From Paraphysomonas bandaiensis (taxonomy: Eukaryota; Protista; Chrysophyceae): a stretch of 64,000 nt of DNA. Each line of letters starts with the position of its first letter. Position 1 is the stretch's first letter. The DNA lies in the NCBI GenBank assembly GCA_965644295.1, contig CBFFRP010000269.1, positions 1-64,000 of the forward strand, written 5' to 3'. The notes under the pieces were generated by a model. That model was not told the origin of the DNA and did not search any database. It was given only the letters and a program-made list of their open reading frames with translations. A program made the position numbers and the translations under genes. Shown here piece by piece: positions 1 through 10,218 of the stretch.

Positions 1-1660
1 TTAATCCCTAGGTGTGTGGTCACGACTTTCAGGTATTTTAGACACCAGTCATGGGAGGCCTTGTCTGTGATTGTGAGAGGAAGGTCTGCTCCGAGGTAAT
101 GTATCGACTCTAGTGATGTTTGGATAGGGACTGGGTGTGGACGCCACGACCAGTCGTAAGAAATGATGTAGCCAATGGGGTCGGAGGACTTGTTGGAATC
201 TTGTAGGATCGGAAACACTGTGCAAACTACTTTGGGATAGAGTTCCATTCCCGAAAGTACGCAGAACGCAGATATTTGTTGGGCAATGAGTTGGGCAGCG
301 TGTATGGATTTAGCTATTGTGTTAAGATCATCCGCGAAGGAGATCTTTATTTCGCCGGTAGTCGGAGTCGTGAGTTGAATAGTTGGTAACGTTGGGCTCG
401 TTGTTGACAGTTCAATGTCCAGCCACGTGAGAAGGATGTCGTAGAGTGCCACAGCGCACGTCGTAAGTTCTGTACTTGCTGGGTGATACCCCTTTCAGCT
501 TCGAAACCCAGACTGAATAGTGCAATGAAGAGTGGCCGTCTGCGGACAGGAAGTCAGGAGAGAACGTGGCTCTATGTTGTTTGCCATGAATGGTGTCCAG
601 GGAAATGTTAGACCGCCGGCATCTAAGTTGCCAAACCAGTCAACTACATCGTCCGGAACGCCCAGTCGTGCCACGCGAGACGCATGAGGTTAGGCGCAAT
701 TGAGTCGAAGGCCTTCTTGAAGTCCCAGAGTGTACAGATATGCTGGTCGCCTTTTCGTCTTGCTTCTTCTGCAGCCGCGAGTACCCTTAGTATCGCCATG
801 TCCGTCCCGTTCCTCCGGCGATAACCATGCTGGGACGGATCGCAAAACTTTCTGTTCCTCCCATACGGTAAGAATTCTATGAGTGATTATCCTTGTTAAT
901 ATTTTCCTACTGACTTCAAGCAGACCAATCGGTCGGAGATTAGGAGGAGGATTCTCCTGGTTTCTTGAGAATGGGAGACATTACCTGTCTCTCCACCAAA
1001 TGGGCACATGTTTATGTTTCCAGAGATCTGGTGAGGATGTAAAGCCTCTCGCTGGACTACCGGTGGCCGGGATTTGACCATTTGGAGGAGACCATTGAGG
1101 GTCCAGGCGCGCGGTTGAAGGAGAGAGAGTGAAGTGTGCAGTAGAATTCATCCTGGGTGATGTCTTTTGCAAGTAGATTTGAGTGTGGCTGCCATGGCCG
1201 GAGTGGTCTTGGTACAAAGGGCCCGTCGTAACCCCAGTTGCAGGGGAAGAGGTATTTTCGAGCGGGGGTGGAGTGGTTCCTGGCATGTCGCTGAGCCCGG
1301 ATCAAGAAGGGATTTCCACCATGTAGGGTCATCCTGGAGCTGTTGTGCTGCAGGGTCAAGTCCAGGAGGTTTGGCATGATGTTCACGGAAGTGCGCATTA
1401 ATGCCTTCATGAATGTCTTGCGGTGTTGTGAGGATGTGTCCGTCAGTTGTTTTCACCGTGGTGAGTCGGAGTGGTGTTTTGACCTTGAGACCAATTTTCT
1501 GAAGGATTGCTTGAAGTCTTTTCTGCTGTAGCAGTGCCTCCATCTGATTGGTGCGAGCCGTGAGTCTAGTCCGCATTTCTGTCCTGGCTCTTCCATGAAG
1601 AAGTCCTCTCAGTCGCAAGGCAATTCGGAGAAGGTTTTCTTGGTGGCTTGCTTTTCGTTC
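1..1660 (-). pseudogene. Frameshifted linker and reverse transcriptase region of the LINE
   Basis: RT motifs appear in order but across changing frames, for example a 1-nt shift at ~841 between WEEQKVL and DPSQHGY. The linker TTPQDIHEGINAHFREHH lies in ORF 1148-1618. Confidence 0.8.
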
Positions 1661-4600
1661 AACCCAGGATTACTCGTGGGTCCGCGTTGCGACTGGCTGC
1701 ACCGAAGTTGATGTCTGATATGCCTTTGATGTGACCCTGAGAACTCCTGAGATAGGAGTCCCATCGGACGAACCATGCAGTGATGATTTCGTGGGTGGGG
1801 GTGGTTGCCGGGGGCCGCCGCCATCCATGCCGTTTGTATCCGGCAGAATTGAACATCTTTTGGATAATCCGCAAAACCATGAGCATTCCTTCCTGTATTA
1901 CTCTCATTTCCGGGGAAAAGCCATTCTTGAACTTTGAGCGTTTGCGCTGACAACGTTCGTGTAGTCGTGTGCTATAAGTACATGCAGGACGCTTCGCTTC
2001 AAGCGAAGCCTGGAGGGTTATGTGATGGATGGCCGCTAGTCTGTTGGCTGCCACCTCAGGAGGGAGTATGGCAGACGATCCGTTGTCTAAATGTGGTAGT
2101 TGTGCATGAAGTTGGAGGAGTCTTGCGGTGTATGCCTGTACTTCCTTGGAGTCCTTCGGGTTTACATTGAGACGGGGGGGGATTCGGAGGTGCGACTCAG
2201 GTGGTCGAGGGTCAAGATTGACTGGTACAGTGAAACCGACCCAGACCGGTCGATGATCGAAGGCTGCTGCGAGTAGTGAGGGGGAGTCAAGGCAGCCAGT
2301 GTCCGTAACAGACATGTTCGGAAGTAACGGCGTGTGTAGAATATGATCGATCCGCGATATTCCTTTGTCTAATCTGTGGAAGGTATGATATGTTTTCCTG
2401 GGTAGGAGAAGCTCATGGAGTGGTGCAGCCAGTTGGAGTTTGTCGGCAAGTGGTCGTATGTCTCTGCCTTTCGGATTTGTCTCCATGGAGCCATTGAAGT
2501 CGCCGGCGACAATGACAGTATGGTCCTTGGCTCTGGCTTTAGTGACCCATTTCGTAAGGATGTTGCATAGGAGCTTGTAGGGGTCAGCAGTACAGATACC
2601 ACGGGACGCTCTCCCTAGCTTGGTCAATTTGCTCCATAATGTGCAAGAGCCTGGCGTGGATGGCTTCGGGGGTAGATAGACGCTTATTAGTACTAGGGTG
2701 TGCGCCACCGACGTTTTGAACTCTAGTCGGCTCACTAAACCAAGTCCCGTAAAGTCAGCCTTTGTGAAGGCGAGACGGCGCTTCCAGTATTCGCTGATTA
2801 TGACTACTGTACCCCCCATTAGTGGGTCTCTTGAAGTCAGTTTTGGCTGCTTGCTGAGGAAGAGGCATATTCTTGATCCCTGGATTGCATCTTCTATGAT
2901 ACGTGTGAAGAAGTTGGCCTGAGTTTCTGTTAGACGGACATCCTGTAATAGGAGCACGTCCAATTTTTGCCGCTTAAAGTGTCGGATGATAGCTTGGACT
3001 TTGCCTGTGTGAGATGCCGGATTGCCATTTGTGTTCCATGTGGAGAGTCGGAGTCCCATGGCTGCTCCCGAGGGAGCCTTGGGGATGCTGCTGGAGGTCT
3101 CTGTAGGAGTTCCACTCTTGTCTGCAAGGAGTCTGTCCCATACTGCTTTATTGGCACCGCCTATGTCGCTGTCGTACGCAGCCCTGGCTTGGATTAATAT
3201 CTCAAGTGGCCAGCGTTGATCACACCAGTAATGATGCCCGTAGTTGATGAGAAGTTCTTCATCCTTAGCAATGGGACGTATTGTACGGACATAGAGGCGT
3301 TTATTTTTCGTGACAAACTTGACATTAGCCATGTTTGTGGCTAGGGAGTCATTAATATACCCAGCTTCGCATGTTACACATTGTCGGACTTGGTCAAAGC
3401 CATCTATTGCGAAGGTACCAGTACTGTCTTGAACTATGTAATCAGAACGCCTTGCAGACTGACTCAGCTTTGTTAGTGGATAGCGTTTGCCTTTGTACTC
3501 AGCAATGATGACGTCTGCTGGGAATGTGTTCTTCGCATAAAGGGATAGTCCTTTGGCAGTGTTATCGGCGTACGCAATGTAGAACTTTCTTGACCAGTCC
3601 TTGTCCCAGCTGGTGGTATCAAGTGCTGGAGTTGGTCTGATCGTTCGTGTGGTCGTGGATTGGTGTGAGTTGTGAAGGTTCGTTGGTTGGTCACTTTCAT
3701 CGTAATTTACGACCTTTTTGGCTTTCCGGGTTGGCTGGCATCGACTTGTCAACGCAGTTTGGGCGTGTTTCAACTGCATCTTCTTGTGCGATGGTAGTGC
3801 TCCAGGGGTTGAAGCCTGCAGAATCTGTCGATTTGTTCGTGCTAACTTGGTGCTGCTGGACGAGGTTGTTCTGGTGCTGGTCGTCTTTGATGTCCTATTG
3901 TTGTTCGTGGTTGAGTCCGCGGGAAGTGTAGGTGGAGCGATGGGGTCAGACGTTGAGAGTATACTGGTGGCCAAGGTGTTTTCAAGAGATAGTAGAGCGT
4001 TGTCTAGGGCAGTAGAAAGACCGGCAGGGTCTAAGAGGAAGTAGTGAGCATCTTGTAGTATGACATGGTAGTAGTTATCACGAATAGCGTTCCTAAGTTC
4101 CTCCACCTTCCATGCGATGTTATAAGCTACTTTGTCAGTAGGGATGCCTACAATGCTGAGATAATTACCATTTTGCGCCCACGTCGTGCAGGGGTTGATA
4201 GTAGAGGCTAAAAGGTGGACCTCTCGCACTGAGAGCCAGTGAGTTATGTCGTCCTCCGTAGTGTATGTTGTTTTGGCAGGTATTAAAAGTGCGGCCTGTG
4301 CGTGATCCAACTTATGTCGTAGTGGCTGAAGTGTGTGATGGGCCATGCACTCCCGTTGCATTGTGTCGAACGCTTGGGTGCCTAATGTATTTATAAAAGA
4401 TGCTAGCGTGTGACGGTCCTTGCGTTGTTTGAGGTCTAATTTCAGACAGGAGCGAGTGTGTCGCCTGCTTGAAGCAAGAATGTGCAGATGATAGAGTGTG
4501 CTGTATGCGCAGTACCCATCACTTGGGATATGTTGTTGTGTGCGAAGGACTGAGGGTCTGAGGGTGAGGCGATAGACTCTGCTCATGTCGCACATATGGA

Positions 4601-6809
4601 GCCTGAGTTGTCGACGGTCCGTGGGGTTCATCTGCCGTAGTTGACGTCGAGCTCTCGGTGACAAGGAGACTGCAATTACTTCCCTCTGTTCCTGTTGCTC
4701 TCTTTGCTCATGTAGCATAGATGGTACAGTTGACGGTTCAGAAGTCCAGATGATGTTGGTGCTCTGTCTGGAGGTTTGGTGTTGTAGAAAACAGGATAGC
4801 CGCTCCTGAGTCCGTGTTAGAGCGTGCATGATGCAGGTGGGGATATTTGTTGCATTTAGTATGTGAAACCCATGCTGGCTGCGTATGATGTCATGGGTTA
4901 CCACAGTGTTGGTAGAAGCGTGCACTGTTAGTGCCTGTCTGGAGAATGGTGATAGCTGTGCCCAACCAGGCGCCAGGTGCGGTTGAACAGCGTCCCATAG
5001 TCTGTATGGTATGGAGAGAAGATCGAGTAGCAGTTGGAAATCCTCCGTGTCTAGATGTAGTCCTGTGTGTGGATTCGAGGATTCATATTGCATAAGTGTC
5101 TTACGGAGAGTGACAGTGGCTGTTGAGGGAATACCCTTTGTCAGGCAAAGGGTCCGCACATGCCTAGATACAACATGAGTGGAGTCTGCCCAGGGTTTGT
5201 TGCCATTCGCGAGATGCTGGGCAACTAGTAGGGCGCTGTGCGTGGTGTCCAATTTGTGCTCTGGTAGCGTGAATGATATCATGAGATCATAGTTGTCCGT
5301 CCTGGAAGCCTTGGCTATGAATCCTTCCCATATGTCTAAACAGGCAGGGGATAGCATGTGTGCGTATATTTCTTTTAAAAGGTTTCCCTGTGGGGAGGCA
5401 GCAATGGTTTGGGTTTCATCATATCTAACCCAGTTGTTCAGCAGATCGGAGTGAAAGGGCATGTGACCCCGGCCCTCTGTGTAGTGTAGGGTGTGTGTGG
5501 CAATATCCTTGGGCAGTACATCCGGCCTGAGGTCAGGAGTGGTAGTGGAGAGTGCGGATGGGCCGTCTGGGGCTAATGCTGGAGTTCCCATGGTGTTCAG
5601 TTGAGTAAGGTTGGTGGTAGGTTGCTTCCGTTTGACTGGGAAATAGTCAAATAACGTTGCATACGGTGTGGTGGCATCCTTAGTGGGTAAGGGTAATGTG
5701 TGGGTGGATTTGCTGGGTCCGTCACCGCTGTTATCGGAGGAGAATTCCTTCCCCTGAAGGGCGTGGGAGGGATGGTTGATGGACCTGGCACGGTGGACTC
5801 CTTGCATTCCGTTGGAATGACATTGCAACACATTTTGGAGACGCATGATGACGAGGTCAGGAATTCTCTCGAGTAGCGCGTGTAGTTCCAACTCCACCGG
5901 GTATTTGGTGTCCAGGAAGAAGTGATCGTTGGAGCAAAACACATCATAAGATGGAAGGAATTGAGTTTGTGGAAGGAAGGAGGAATGGTGGGTGGACCAG
6001 TACGCCCAGTAAGGGAGAGGCGATAGTTTGTCCGGGGGTTTTCTAGGAGGAGGTAGAGTGTACTGTGTGTGTGTATGACACTGCAGTGATGATATGAGTG
6101 TGTTGGACAGAGAGAGAGAGCTGGTGATGTGTCCAACAGTACAGGTAGACAGGTACATGGACATGGTGATGTGTCCAACAGTACAGGTATACAGGTACAT
6201 GGACATGGTGATGTGTCCAACAGCAGTAGAGGTATACACGGAATGGTATACATCCTGTAGGACACAGTAGTACAGTAGTCGAGTAAACCGTATGCGGAAT
6301 ACAGTGTCTATCCAATGAGCTGGATGGGCTGTGGGGGTGATAGGTGAACAGGGTGAGGGGGTAGCCTGCTGGGTGGATGGACCACAGACAAACCATGTTG
6401 GGTTGGGCTGAGTGGGCGGCAGAAGGCAGCCCTGTTGCACAGTTGAGAGGGATCGAGAGTATTCAGTGATTGCATAGGGGGTCCATGGGGGTCGTTTTCG
6501 TGAGCCTGCTCGCACGAGCCATGTTCTGAGAGGTTGTAGCCGTAGAAAGCGATGGGTGAGACGAAGTTGTCTGCTGAGGGGATAGCACGTAGGTGCGGTC
6601 AGCGCTGCATTGGTGCAGGCACGTGGTTTAACTGAAGTAGTTGAGTAGGGTGAAGGTTGCAAGGCCAGGCAGGGGGGCTTGGAGCGTGTACAACATGGTG
6701 TGACAGGTAATTTGTCGGAAGCGTGGTGGTCAACAAAATGCAGCAGTAAGGGAGTGTAAAAGGCCCTGGGCACACTGATGTGACTCAGCCACAGTCTCAA
6801 TAGAGACAT
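1659..6809 (-). CDS. Retrotransposon polyprotein, N-terminal part: low-complexity leader, OTU-like domain(s), SET domain, APE endonuclease
   Basis: Uninterrupted 1716-codon ORF. OTU-like IPSDGYCAY...HYFLL at ~4030-4532. SET motifs KGLSLYAK...IIAEYKG...AGYINDS...EELLINYGHHYW at ~3220-3560. APE at ~2230-3055. The true start codon is uncertain. Confidence 0.85.
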   Translation of the reverse strand: MSLLRLWLSHISVPRAFYTPLLLHFVDHHASDKLPVTPCCTRSKPPCLALQPSPYSTTSVKPRACTNAALTAPTCYPLSRQLRLTHRFLRLQPLRTWLVRAGSRKRPPWTPYAITEYSRSLSTVQQGCLLPPTQPNPTWFVCGPSTQQATPSPCSPITPTAHPAHWIDTVFRIRFTRLLYYCVLQDVYHSVYTSTAVGHITMSMYLYTCTVGHITMSMYLSTCTVGHITSSLSLSNTLISSLQCHTHTQYTLPPPRKPPDKLSPLPYWAYWSTHHSSFLPQTQFLPSYDVFCSNDHFFLDTKYPVELELHALLERIPDLVIMRLQNVLQCHSNGMQGVHRARSINHPSHALQGKEFSSDNSGDGPSKSTHTLPLPTKDATTPYATLFDYFPVKRKQPTTNLTQLNTMGTPALAPDGPSALSTTTPDLRPDVLPKDIATHTLHYTEGRGHMPFHSDLLNNWVRYDETQTIAASPQGNLLKEIYAHMLSPACLDIWEGFIAKASRTDNYDLMISFTLPEHKLDTTHSALLVAQHLANGNKPWADSTHVVSRHVRTLCLTKGIPSTATVTLRKTLMQYESSNPHTGLHLDTEDFQLLLDLLSIPYRLWDAVQPHLAPGWAQLSPFSRQALTVHASTNTVVTHDIIRSQHGFHILNATNIPTCIMHALTRTQERLSCFLQHQTSRQSTNIIWTSEPSTVPSMLHEQREQQEQREVIAVSLSPRARRQLRQMNPTDRRQLRLHMCDMSRVYRLTLRPSVLRTQQHIPSDGYCAYSTLYHLHILASSRRHTRSCLKLDLKQRKDRHTLASFINTLGTQAFDTMQRECMAHHTLQPLRHKLDHAQAALLIPAKTTYTTEDDITHWLSVREVHLLASTINPCTTWAQNGNYLSIVGIPTDKVAYNIAWKVEELRNAIRDNYYHVILQDAHYFLLDPAGLSTALDNALLSLENTLATSILSTSDPIAPPTLPADSTTNNNRTSKTTSTRTTSSSSTKLARTNRQILQASTPGALPSHKKMQLKHAQTALTSRCQPTRKAKKVVNYDESDQPTNLHNSHQSTTTRTIRPTPALDTTSWDKDWSRKFYIAYADNTAKGLSLYAKNTFPADVIIAEYKGKRYPLTKLSQSARRSDYIVQDSTGTFAIDGFDQVRQCVTCEAGYINDSLATNMANVKFVTKNKRLYVRTIRPIAKDEELLINYGHHYWCDQRWPLEILIQARAAYDSDIGGANKAVWDRLLADKSGTPTETSSSIPKAPSGAAMGLRLSTWNTNGNPASHTGKVQAIIRHFKRQKLDVLLLQDVRLTETQANFFTRIIEDAIQGSRICLFLSKQPKLTSRDPLMGGTVVIISEYWKRRLAFTKADFTGLGLVSRLEFKTSVAHTLVLISVYLPPKPSTPGSCTLWSKLTKLGRASRGICTADPYKLLCNILTKWVTKARAKDHTVIVAGDFNGSMETNPKGRDIRPLADKLQLAAPLHELLLPRKTYHTFHRLDKGISRIDHILHTPLLPNMSVTDTGCLDSPSLLAAAFDHRPVWVGFTVPVNLDPRPPESHLRIPPRLNVNPKDSKEVQAYTARLLQLHAQLPHLDNGSSAILPPEVAANRLAAIHHITLQASLEAKRPACTYSTRLHERCQRKRSKFKNGFSPEMRVIQEGMLMVLRIIQKMFNSAGYKRHGWRRPPATTPTHEIITAWFVRWDSYLRSSQGHIKGISDINFGAASRNADPRVILG
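6122..6224. repeat. 42-bp tandem repeat (~2.5 copies) in the LINE 5' region
   Basis: Unit TGGTGATGTGTCCAACAGTACAGGTAKACAGGTACATGGACA, translated as repeated TCTVGHITMSMYL. Confidence 0.9.
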
Positions 6810-6828
6810 TGGGTTTGGAGCTGGTTAA

Positions 6829-7390
6829 TAGAGTGAAACTTTATGTTGGACTGTATTTGCCATCGTAGGGCAGAGAATTTTTTCAATTATGAATGTATTG
6901 TTGAGATTTGCAGTTTGTGAGCAATTAGAAGCCGTAGTTATAAGGTATTTAAATTATAACCGTTACTAAGTGTATACAGTAGTGATGAGATGTATTATGA
7001 AAGTGTTATCATGACGATGTGTTCAGTTTTATCTATATTCTTAAGATGTCAAATCTTGACATGTATGACTATACAAGACATTGTGCTATATGACATTATG
7101 ACATTGTATCATCATGAGTGTATGATATATGGTATATGGATAAAAGGGTGGATGATTTGCAAAGCATATTTGGTTTTATTTGTCGGAAGTGTATATCCAA
7201 GATTTAAGCATATTTTGTGCGCTACAAACAAGGAAGTGTAAGGTTTGCGTAGTTGTTGTTGGAGGTTAAGTAGCCAGTTAAAAGTTTAAACTTCCTATAT
7301 ACGACCTTTAACATGTGTTCACTCTCAGCAACTGAGAGGAGACAAGGCAACCTTCCGCAGCAATTGATAATTAATCGTTACGCAGCCCTG
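6829..7390. mobile_element. Probable hAT-type MITE interrupted by a solo LTR
   Basis: The right end (revcomp CAGGGCTGCGTAACGATTAATT) matches the MITE end at 21208. Flanks CTGGTTAA (6821-6828) and CTGATTAA (7391-7398) match at 7/8, consistent with an 8-bp TSD. The left terminus is degenerate. Confidence 0.45.
6899..7313 (+). mobile_element. Solo LTR
   Basis: TGTTGA...TTAACA termini with flanks TGTAT and TGTGT (4/5 TSD). Shares GAGCAATT...GTAGTTATAAGGTATTTAAATTA with the PBS-linked LTR at 22275-22593. Confidence 0.7.
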
Positions 7391-7609
7391 CTGATTAAGA
7401 ACTATAATGAATATGGGTCTCTAGAACTCATGACGACCTATTTTAAAATCGAATTTTTTAAAATAAGAAAATGCTGAAACATTTATTGGCAGAACTCTGC
7501 TCATTTGTGTTAATCCATTAATGAAATTAATTTGATATCTTCGCTATTTGTGCATGTGTTTACATGTCGATGCACTGCTACCTCAGCATGTACACTTCTA
7601 CATAATGTG

Positions 7610-9682
7610 CTATCTACTGTATGCCGCTACAGGCGCACTGTATATTGAGCTAAATATATTCTTTTTCTTGGGTTGTTTGTTACTACTCTTCACTTGAGCC
7701 TCAGGTTGCTTCTCCTGGGTATTTTGATTTGCTTCATTTTGTACACCACTATCCACACCAGTTTCTGCATTACATCTTCGGATCCATTTCGTAAGGTCCT
7801 TTCCAGGAACTCTAATTAATGCTCCAGCATTTATGACATTGTTACGTATGGGATTATCGGAAATAATGTTGGTCTTCAAAACATCAACAACGAAACTAGA
7901 CGAGGCCTTATTGCGGTCACCTACATATACAGCATCTCATAAACGTATATAATACAGTTTGTAGTTACATGCTATATGAGACAGATCTTACCTAACACTA
8001 TAAGGATATCTGGTATAGTTGCTGGGGATTCTTTTCTAATTTGGGATAACAGCGACCGAATAATGGCCCTCATCATGGGTTTCGAGCACTCACGAAGGTC
8101 CAGTCTTCTGTCATCGTCCAAGTTAATAGCTGTAGTGAACACACCGTTGCGCTTGCCTAAAATCTCATGTAAAAATATATATATATACATGTATCGCATG
8201 AGCAAACCTGTGTCATACAGCTCCTGCGCGGCCTCGTACATTTCATCGCCATCTAATGCATGTATTGCTTGTACAACTGCAAATTGGCTGACCTTAATGT
8301 GTCTCTTGGCCATTTCCCGCAATAATGTCAGGGCGCGCATACCATAACCTCGAGAATTCTCGGACGCCGCAGCTAATGCTTTTAAGGCTGCAGTGTACAA
8401 AGGAGCATCTAGAAGCCCATGTGATGATGATATGAATTCATCGAATAGCTCCAAAGACTTCAGTGGCTGTCCACCATTGGTATATGCCCCCATCGCTGAT
8501 GTGCACATTTGGTTGTTGAACTTAACCCCCCTTTTACTACAGGCTTGCTTCACAAGCTCTGCCGCCAGAATGTAATCGCCAGCTTTGTCGCAGCAAGTTA
8601 ACATTGCACCGAATGTTAATGTATCACGCTTCACCTAATTACACAACAACGGGTAACTCAACATTTTCCATACATTGACAGCGTCATGATATGGTATACT
8701 GCCCATGCAAATACAGCACTATGTAGTAATATTATACTGCATAACGTGACAACCAGGTGCATTTACACGTCGCTTAGTCTTTAGTAGTACATACCTTATT
8801 AAGTTGCATACTTTCAAATATATCGTACGCCTTCGAGTACTTTTTCAAATAACAACACGAGGTAATAGCGGCATTATAACACGCAGTATCTAGTCTTGCT
8901 CTCTGGTCGACAGCTTCCTGAAAAACATGGAGCGCATCGGCATGTCTCGACGACTTTGCGCAGGCTGTCATCGTCGCAGTAATTACTACAGGGTTGAACG
9001 GGAGTCGGGATGCTTGCATTGATTCTAACAACTCCAGAGCGCGCTCCCAACGACCTCCTCGAGCACAAGCCGAAATCGCTGCTGAGTAGTGGTATGCTGT
9101 AGGAGTTTTGCGAATATTTTTACTTTTTCCTATGAGGTCAAACACTTCTAAGGCTCTATCTACGTCACCCGCCTTACTAAATGTTTGGATGATTGTAGCC
9201 ACCACACTACTCTTCAGAAGAGTACGCGATTTCAAACGTTTTTCGGCTTCATCAATTGCGAGAGAAAAATCCCTAGACTTTTCGCTTGCCACAAGCAATT
9301 CTTTGAGGTTCTCATATTCTTCACTCTTCTTGTTCTTACGTCCACTTTTCTTTCCGAGAGATGAAGGACCTTTCTTTTCAAGTGAATTGGGTTTGAGTGT
9401 ACCACACTTGAAACACTGTTTTCTCCAAGCAAAAGAGAGAACACCACATCCAGGACATGTCCAATCCCCTTCTCTGATGTCACTTAGCAGCGCAAGTTTG
9501 CTCTTGTTCTCATTACTAGTGAGATTACTCCCATCTGAGGTGACACAGAGACATCGTTGGCTTATACCCGTGTATAGAGGGGATCGTGGAAGGTAATCAA
9601 GGGATGAAACTAAGCTGAAAGGAGAACATAATTGAGTTTTGTTCAATTTAGAGACTATTTTCCAGGCACGGTTAATATACAT
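7610..9682 (-). CDS. PPR protein with an N-terminal RanBP2-type zinc finger and a probable C-terminal Smr-like domain (multi-exon)
   Basis: Zinc finger GDWTCPGCGVLSFAWRKQCFKCGTLKP. PPR repeats include YSAAISACARGGRWERALELLESM and YNAAITSC. The C-terminus LDLREC...ILIVLG...NAGAL resembles Smr. The N-terminus is basic and Ser-rich, like a targeting peptide. Confidence 0.85.
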
Positions 9683-10218
9683 AATTTAGAGGCTAACAGG
9701 GGAAACAAGGGGTATTCTAAACTTGAAATTTAACGATTAATAGCAAGGATATGAGTTTAGGTGGAGTTATGTCATGGTTATTTCATATAGGAAGCAATTG
9801 TGTTCCTCCAGTAAATATGAAGATAGTTACGATGGACTGTGTACAGAACCATACATATTATGCATATACCCACTGTACCTATCCAACACACTCACCTCCT
9901 ACAGAACCATACAATACGTGGTGTATTACTGCAGTGTAGTGTATATACGTACGTTTCCTGGTGCTGACTACCATGGAGATGATAACCAATAGATTTATTA
10001 TATTAGTATATTATTGGGCTGCAATATGGATGTGAGTTGATTGGATGACTTTACTGTCCACTTCGTTTTACTTGAATATGATTGGATAATAAGTTATCTT
10101 TATATCACTTCATCCTAAACTGAACTGCTCTCTGTGGACATACGATCACTGCACTCTGTAATATATATCATACCTAGCATACAGCATCTCTCTTAACAGT
10201 TTATTATCCAATCCCACC

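Larger units (their letters stand above)
1..6809 (-). mobile_element. Non-LTR (LINE-like) retrotransposon with OTU-like protease, SET, APE endonuclease and RT; 3' end lies beyond the window start
   Basis: The 1716-aa ORF contains APE motifs (LRLSTWNTNG, DVLLLQDVRL, IVAGDFNG, SRIDHILH, DHRPVWVGF). Downstream minus-strand frames give RT motifs NLRPIGLLEVSRKI (~900-945), SQHGYRRRNGT (~800-835), WDFKKAFDS (~703-730), SFADDL (~324-343) and HYLG (~91-102). Confidence 0.93.

Noticed and set aside
6122-6224. CRISPR-like array
   Set aside because: Head-to-tail tandem repeat without unique spacers; eukaryotic context with no cas genes.
5597-6396. Overlapping minus-strand ORFs (222 aa, 117 aa) as LINE ORF1
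   Set aside because: No zinc knuckle, RRM or coiled coil; explained by low-complexity composition.
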